From Porticoccaceae bacterium (GTDB taxonomy: Bacteria; Pseudomonadota; Gammaproteobacteria; Pseudomonadales; Porticoccaceae), in NCBI GenBank assembly GCA_029250825.1, contig JAQXEN010000025.1, positions 3,698-67,697 on the forward strand: a DNA stretch of 64,000 nt. The letters run 5' to 3'. A model generated the notes under the pieces. It was not told where the DNA came from. It saw only the letters and a list, made by a program, of their open reading frames with translations, and searched no databases. The position numbers and the translations under genes are program-made. Numbering within the stretch: the stretch's first letter is position 1; the number at the start of each line of letters is the position of its first letter. Shown here piece by piece: positions 58,958-64,000 of the stretch.

Positions 58958-59665
58958 CTAATAATGAACTGATCTGAGGTTTGGCAATAGATTCTGCCAC
59001 TTCTCCACATAATGGGGATTTTCAATCGGCAGTATTGATGAGTGTACATCCGGTAATAAAATATCTCGCGCCTCAAACAGATAGACTGGCACGAGATCGG
59101 TGCGCTGTGATGCCGGCCTGATGCGCTTATCCAAATTATCGAGAATTAATGGCTCAGCATCCGGAGTCGAGAAATAAACTAGAACAGTGTGGAGTTGCGG
59201 GCTTGTAAATTGAGCCGTTTCTGCCTGCAACCTATTCCGAATCCGAACATAGCCAATCCGCAGCTTTGCGAGGGACATGCCCATCTTGTGAAGAGTAAAC
59301 AGCTTGGTCATGGCGAAACTCTGACCATCGCCAGCATGATAAATAAGAAACTGCAGTGGATTAATCCGCTGATCGGATCGCTGCCGCTGTTGAGTGGTTT
59401 GATGGGCCCGATTAATAAAGCCATTCACCTGCACCAACTTCTCCATATCATCGCGCGGCTCAGACAGATCAATAATCTGCTGCCAATCCCGCAAGCGCTG
59501 TTCTGCCGCCACTCCATGCTGCGTCTGCACCTCGAGAAGCAATTCCTCGGAAACTGGGAAGGCAACCCCATAACTGTTCCCACTTATGCTTAGCGCCACT
59601 AGGCCCACCAGCTTTATCAAGCCATATAAGGGCACTGATCTTTTCTGCATTATATAAGTATTCAT
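58958..59665 (-). CDS. periplasmic BTLCP (LapG-like transglutaminase-fold peptidase C93) homologue lacking the catalytic cysteine
   Basis: 235 aa with a signal peptide. BTLCP-like blocks VNGFINR..., HAGDGQSFAMTKLF (where GDCEDxA is expected), LHTVLVYF and PLILDNL. Confidence 0.55.
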   Translation of the reverse strand: MNTYIMQKRSVPLYGLIKLVGLVALSISGNSYGVAFPVSEELLLEVQTQHGVAAEQRLRDWQQIIDLSEPRDDMEKLVQVNGFINRAHQTTQQRQRSDQRINPLQFLIYHAGDGQSFAMTKLFTLHKMGMSLAKLRIGYVRIRNRLQAETAQFTSPQLHTVLVYFSTPDAEPLILDNLDKRIRPASQRTDLVPVYLFEARDILLPDVHSSILPIENPHYVEKWQNLLPNLRSVHY

Positions 59666-60000
59666 TGTGATGCTCTCAATCCAATCGTGCTCTTGAGCAC
59701 TATCCTAAGCACTACCCCAAGCCATCTTTAACCTAATCCCACCTCAACCTAACCCGTGCTGTAAAACTGGCATAGCTACTGTTATAAACGATGGTTGGGC
59801 TGTCACAGTAAATCAGTAGAAACGGAACTGGTCAGACATCCGATACCCCCATAACGGGAGAGAAGAGTAGAGGGAAATAAAGAGGACAGAGGACTCTGAG
59901 TGATAAAAGCAGTGGATCTATACTGCCAACTGATCGATCTGGTTAATCTTGCAAGGAGCCCAGTGGCAGCAAATTGAATCAGGGCTGCCTGACGGTTTAT

Positions 60001-60096
60001 TGAGCTTTTTGTTTGGCCTTTTTATTAGGTCTTTTATCTAACCTTTTTATCTGGACCTTTTTTCTGACCTTTTTTCTGACTTTTTTATTTAGTCTT
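60001..60096. repeat. 12-13-bp T-tract tandem repeat, about 7 units (TGRCCTTTTTWTY), upstream of gltX
   Basis: TGAGCTTTTTGTT / TGGCCTTTTTATT / AGGTCTTTTATCT / AACCTTTTTATC / TGGACCTTTTTTC / TGACCTTTTTTC / TGACTTTTTTATTT. Confidence 0.6.
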
Positions 60097-60171
60097 CGGA
60101 GCCAACAGATAGTGACAGAGCCCCCCGTGTAAAACGTATAATGGGCCATTGCTTTTTACTTGGATTGTTAA

Positions 60172-61653
60172 ATGACCGTTCGCACCCGTATTGCCCCTTC
60201 GCCCACCGGCGATCCCCACGTTGGAACAGCCTACGTTGCCCTGTTTAATATGGCCTTTGCCCACAGTCAGGGGGGCCAGTTCTTACTGCGTATTGAAGAC
60301 ACTGATCAGGTGCGTTCAACCCCGGAATCAGAAAAATCTATCCTTGATGCTCTGCACTGGTTGGGCCTCGAATGGGACGAGGGTCCAGACAATGGCGGCC
60401 CCCACGGCCCCTACCGCCAGAGCGAGCGTTCAGATATCTATCGCCAGCACGCAGACCAGCTATTAGATAGCGGCCATGCCTTCCGCTGTTTCTGTACCAG
60501 CGAGCGCCTAGACCAACTGCGTAAAACCCAGATGGAAGAAAAGCAACCAATAGGCTACGACGGACACTGCCAGCATCTAGAGCAAGCCGAGATCGACCAG
60601 CGACTGGCCAACAATGAATCCCATGTTGTGCGCATGAATGTGCCCCGCGAGGGCCAATGTGTGTTTAACGATATGTTACGCGGCGAAATTAGCATCGACT
60701 GGACTCAGATCGACCTACAGGTATTGCTTAAAGCCGACGGTATGCCCACCTATCATTTGGCCAATGTGGTCGATGATCACCTGATGAAAATCAGTCATGT
60801 GATTCGTGGTGAAGAGTGGATTAACTCAGCACCCAAGCATATTTTGCTCTATCAATACTTTGGTTGGGACACGCCGGTGTTCTGTCACCTGCCGCTGCTG
60901 CGCAATATCGACAAGAGCAAGTTGTCAAAACGCAAAAACCCCACCAGCATCCTCTTCTACCAGCGCATGGGTTATCTGCCCGAAGCACTGCTTAACTATC
61001 TTGGCCGCATGGGTTGGTCGATGCCCGATGAGCGGGAGAAGTTCACCCTCGCCGAAATGCTTGAGGTCTTTGATATTCAGCGCGTGTCTCTGGGTGGTCC
61101 GGTATTCGATGTAGAGAAACTCAGCTGGCTAAACGGCATATGGATACGCGAAGAACTTACCGATGACCAGCTCGCCGATCGCCTGCAGGAATGGGCACTC
61201 AATCGCGATACCTTAAAAGCCTTCCTGCCCTTCGCCAAACAGCGTATGGAAACCCTCTCTGATATAGCACCTCTCGGCAGTTATCTGGTTTCTGGGATGT
61301 TACCTATTAGCGCCGAGGATTTGCGTAGTGCTGGCATAGAGGACGAACGCCTTATAGAAGTCCTGCAATTCGCCCTTTGGCGCCTAGAATCTGTACAGCA
61401 ATGGAACCGAGACAATATCTTCAATGCCCTAAAAGCAGTGGCCGACGGCATGGACATTAAACTCAAACCCTTCCTGGCACCCTTATTTATCGCTATCGCC
61501 GGCAGCAGCGCGTCGATCTCTGTAATGGACTCCATGAACCTGCTCGGCGCCGATATGTCCAGAGCTAGATTACGTCATGCCATAGAGCTACTTGGTGGTA
61601 TAGGCAAAAAGAAACTCAAGAAGTTGGAAAAGGAATATCAGCAACTTGGCTGA
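60172..61653 (+). CDS. gltX: glutamate--tRNA ligase
   Basis: 493 aa with [16 protein letters not shown] (HIGH) and KLSKRK (KMSKS). Confidence 0.95.
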   Translation: MTVRTRIAPSPTGDPHVGTAYVALFNMAFAHSQGGQFLLRIEDTDQVRSTPESEKSILDALHWLGLEWDEGPDNGGPHGPYRQSERSDIYRQHADQLLDSGHAFRCFCTSERLDQLRKTQMEEKQPIGYDGHCQHLEQAEIDQRLANNESHVVRMNVPREGQCVFNDMLRGEISIDWTQIDLQVLLKADGMPTYHLANVVDDHLMKISHVIRGEEWINSAPKHILLYQYFGWDTPVFCHLPLLRNIDKSKLSKRKNPTSILFYQRMGYLPEALLNYLGRMGWSMPDEREKFTLAEMLEVFDIQRVSLGGPVFDVEKLSWLNGIWIREELTDDQLADRLQEWALNRDTLKAFLPFAKQRMETLSDIAPLGSYLVSGMLPISAEDLRSAGIEDERLIEVLQFALWRLESVQQWNRDNIFNALKAVADGMDIKLKPFLAPLFIAIAGSSASISVMDSMNLLGADMSRARLRHAIELLGGIGKKKLKKLEKEYQQLG

Positions 61654-61679
61654 AAGCCCTTTATACCGCGAAAACAGGC

Positions 61680-61708
61680 TTGACTTGGCCCAAGGTCATC
61701 CCTATTAT
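61680..61708 (+). promoter_or_regulatory. sigma70 promoter for tRNA-Ala
   Basis: TTGACT (61680-61685), a 17-nt spacer, then TATTAT (61703-61708), followed by a GC-rich discriminator (GCGGC). The tRNA starts at 61723. Confidence 0.6.
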
Positions 61709-61722
61709 GCGGCTTCCTTTTT

Positions 61723-61798
61723 GGGGCCTTAGCTCAGCTGGGAGAGCGCAACACTGGCAGTGTTGAGGTCAGCGGTTCGATCCCGCTAGGCTCCACCA
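61723..61798 (+). tRNA. tRNA-Ala (anticodon GGC), CCA encoded
   Basis: GGGGCCTTAGCTCAGCTGGGAGAGCGC..., anticodon loop CTGGCAG, G3:U70 identity pair, T-arm GGTTCGATCCC. 76 nt including the encoded CCA. Confidence 0.9.
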
Positions 61799-61807
61799 AA
61801 TAAAAAA

Positions 61808-61835
61808 CCCTCACACGTACGTGTGGGGGTTTTTT
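61808..61835 (+). terminator. rho-independent terminator after tRNA-Ala
   Basis: CCCTCACACGT pairs with ACGTGTGGGGG (one G-U pair), is followed by TTTTTT, and is preceded by an A-run. Confidence 0.7.
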
Positions 61836-61915
61836 ATTTGCCGGAGATTAGTGGGAGTGAGCTTAACGCTCCGGTTCACAAGCCGCGAAGCGGTGCAGAA
61901 CGCACTTTAGGGCGG
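61822..61915 (+). repeat. direct repeat copy A (about 94 bp) starting in the tRNA terminator
   Basis: TGTGGGGG-TTTTTTATTTGCCGGA...GGTTCACAAGCCGCGAAGCGGTGCAGAACGCACTTTAGGGCGG; it recurs 170 bp downstream. Confidence 0.8.
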
Positions 61916-61991
61916 CCTCGAAGAGGTGAGGCCAAAGGCCGAATCATCCCGCGATAAATTAACGCCCCAAACCGATAAATTCACCATAACC

Positions 61992-62086
61992 TGTGGGGGA
62001 TTTTTTATTTGCCGGATCCTCGCGGGGTTGAGTTTAATGCTCAGGTTCACAAGCCGCGAAGCGGCGCAGAACGCACTTTAGGGCGG
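61992..62086 (+). repeat. direct repeat copy B (about 95 bp); ends in its own hairpin plus T-run (62072-62098)
   Basis: TGTGGGGGATTTTTTATTTGCCGGA...GGTTCACAAGCCGCGAAGCGGCGCAGAACGCACTTTAGGGCGG, followed by TGCGCTTTTTTT. Confidence 0.8.
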
Positions 62087-62274
62087 TGCGCTTTTTTTAC
62101 AAGACTAGGTGAGTCCCTCTAGTATTAGAGGGTTCGGTTTATCCCGCCGTAAATAAAGATCCACCTCTCTCAGTACCAAATACTGTCATTACAATCCCAA
62201 CCACCCAAAGATTTGCTTTTTAAACTCTTTACCGTTAGTTTAATTCACAATTACATAGAAAAACGGGGCATTCA

Positions 62275-64000
62275 ATGATTTCTAGGTTACTCAATTTTGG
62301 CGTCTACCTTACCCTTTTTGGATGTCTATGCGGCGCACAGATACTCAATGCAAAAGACCTCTCTGCCTCAGCCAGCTCAGACCAACCGAATATTAGTCAT
62401 TATGGCCAGCTACCAGAGTATAGGTCTCTAGCGATATCACCTGATGGAAAACATTACGCCCTAATACAAAGACAAGGCAATCAGGACTTCTTTGTCATCA
62501 TGAACGCGCAGACATTAGAGCTGACTGGCGGTTTTAATGCGGACAAATACAAAGCCCGCGGCATCCATTTTGTCAGCAATGAGCATGTTGTTTTGGAAAG
62601 CTCAAAACATACGCGAATGATGCAAGTTAAAGGGAGCTGGGAAAGTAGCTCAGCCTTCGTCTACAACTTAAAGACCAAAAAAATTAAAGTTCTACTGAGC
62701 AATTCAAAGGGGCTGTTTCCAGCGCAAGAGGGGCTTGGTCTAATCGTCGGTTTTAATAAAAATTCCAGGGAATTGTATATGCCAGCTTACGCTGGGCGGT
62801 TTGGCGTTACACCGAAATATCATCTATACAGGGTTAGTCTGAAGAACGGCAGAGGTAAGGTTCATGCGAAAGGTAACAGTTCAACCATACAATGGTTTGT
62901 TGATGGCACCGGCAAGGTACTCGCTAGGGAAGACTATAATCCAAGTACCCAAAACCATGAAATCTACTCCAATGTCTCTGGAAATTGGCAGACCATTTAC
63001 AGTTATAAAACGCCTATCCCTGAATTTACCCTGCAAGCCCTTTCCGATGATGGCAGTCGACTACTCCTCCTCTCGGGTGACGGCAATAACCTAGCTGTTT
63101 TCTCCATGTCGCTTAAAGACGGTGATATACAAGGACCGCTTTATGTTCGCGAGGGCACAGATGTTGGTGATTTGGAAACTGACATTAACCAAACATTAAT
63201 CGCAGTAAAGTACAGCGGTTTTACTCCTAGTTATGAATTTAACAATGCAGAAGATAATGAAAGTTATTCTATCCTCGCTGACCACTTTTCATACAGTAGC
63301 GTTAACGTTCATGGAAAGACTGCAGACAATAATAAATGGTTGATTAGCGTTAGCGGCAATGAGGGTGCAGGCGCCTACAAGCTGTTCGATAGAGCCCAAA
63401 CTAAGCTCTACAATCTTGTCTCCGAATACCCGGCTGTCAGGTCTATTGGCGAACTCAAAGCGCTTAATCTTAGCGCCCGTGACGGTATGAAAATACCCTC
63501 GATTATCACTCTACCAACAGACCCCAGTAAGCGAACAAATCTACCCTTAATCGCTTTGCCACACGGCGGTCCGGCGACTCATGACAGCCTACGCTTTGAT
63601 TGGTTAGCACAGTATCTAGCGGCTAAAGGCTATGCCGTATTGCAACCTAATTTCAGAGGATCAACAGGTTTTGGGTTTGCCCTCCATGATAGAGGCGCCG
63701 GGGAATGGGGCCAAAAGATGCAAGATGACGTTTCTGACGGCGTGGCTGCACTAGTTCAAGCTGGCTATGTTGACCCAGAAAGGGTCTGTATTATGGGCGC
63801 CTCTTATGGCGGCTACTCAGCCCTCGCAGGAGCCGCTTTTACGCCGGACTTATAGCGCTGCGTGATTTCAATCGCCGGTGTTTCTGACCTGCCCCAAATA
63901 CTTAGGTCAGCAAAAGCTAAGCATGGCCGCAATCATTGGGTAGTTAGCTATTGGGAAAATATTATCGGAGATCCAAAAAGTCAAAGGGAAAAACTCACTG
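62275..64000 (+). pseudogene. S9-family (prolyl oligopeptidase/DPP-type) serine peptidase interrupted by an in-frame TAG at 63853-63855; continues past the window end
   Basis: Signal peptide, beta-propeller N-domain and nucleophile motif GASYGGY. After ...AFTPDL comes TAG, then the same frame reads RCVISIAGVSDLPQILRSAKAKHGRNHWVVSYWENIIGDP..., the expected hydrolase-domain continuation. Confidence 0.65.

Overview
64-kb chromosomal segment of a roughly 50% G+C gammaproteobacterium. Gene content and core synteny look marine Pseudomonadales/Cellvibrionales-like, but the taxon cannot be fixed from sequence alone. I support about 57 protein genes and one tRNA-Ala(GGC). I saw no rRNA, CRISPR array, transposase, integrase or phage genes. 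The backbone is an AspC/TyrB-type aminotransferase, gabD, hslVU with a sigma32-type promoter, ubiE-ubiJ-ubiB-hisI-hisE-tatA/tatBC, a stand-alone dnaE2 behind a near-consensus LexA box, and gltX. Between hslVU-DUF971 and ubiE sits a fructose PTS module (fruA-fruB-fruK) with a Tat-signal lipoprotein glycosidase-like gene and a divergent DeoR regulator, bounded by AT-rich spacers. The rest is mostly lipid or xenobiotic-type catabolism: 3 crotonases, 4 SDRs, 2 nitronate monooxygenases, 4 GST-fold genes, an acyl-CoA synthetase, an ACAD10/11-type kinase, DUF2855, a family III CoA-transferase, a quinohaemoprotein PQQ alcohol dehydrogenase, two Cys-type sulfatases and sat-cysC. I could not identify any recognisable defence, secretion or mobile system, and I do not claim one. 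The observations most worth a second look are: (1) a 26-bp x ~7.7 tandem repeat in a promoter region; (2) a kinase/DUF2855/GST/TetR/SDR/acyl-CoA-synthetase/crotonase cluster that resembles levulinate (lva)/ACAD10-11 logic but has no acyl-CoA dehydrogenase; (3) a sulfatase-crotonase-ABM cluster whose sulfatases carry in-frame 12-bp repeats; (4) a LapG/BTLCP-like protein with the catalytic Cys replaced by Gly; (5) an S9 peptidase interrupted by an in-frame TAG next to a tRNA gene that is followed by a duplicated ~95-bp element; (6) dnaE2 without imuA/imuB; (7) a family of 12-15-bp T-tract tandem repeats in many intergenic spacers. All family calls come from motif recognition by eye, with no database search.
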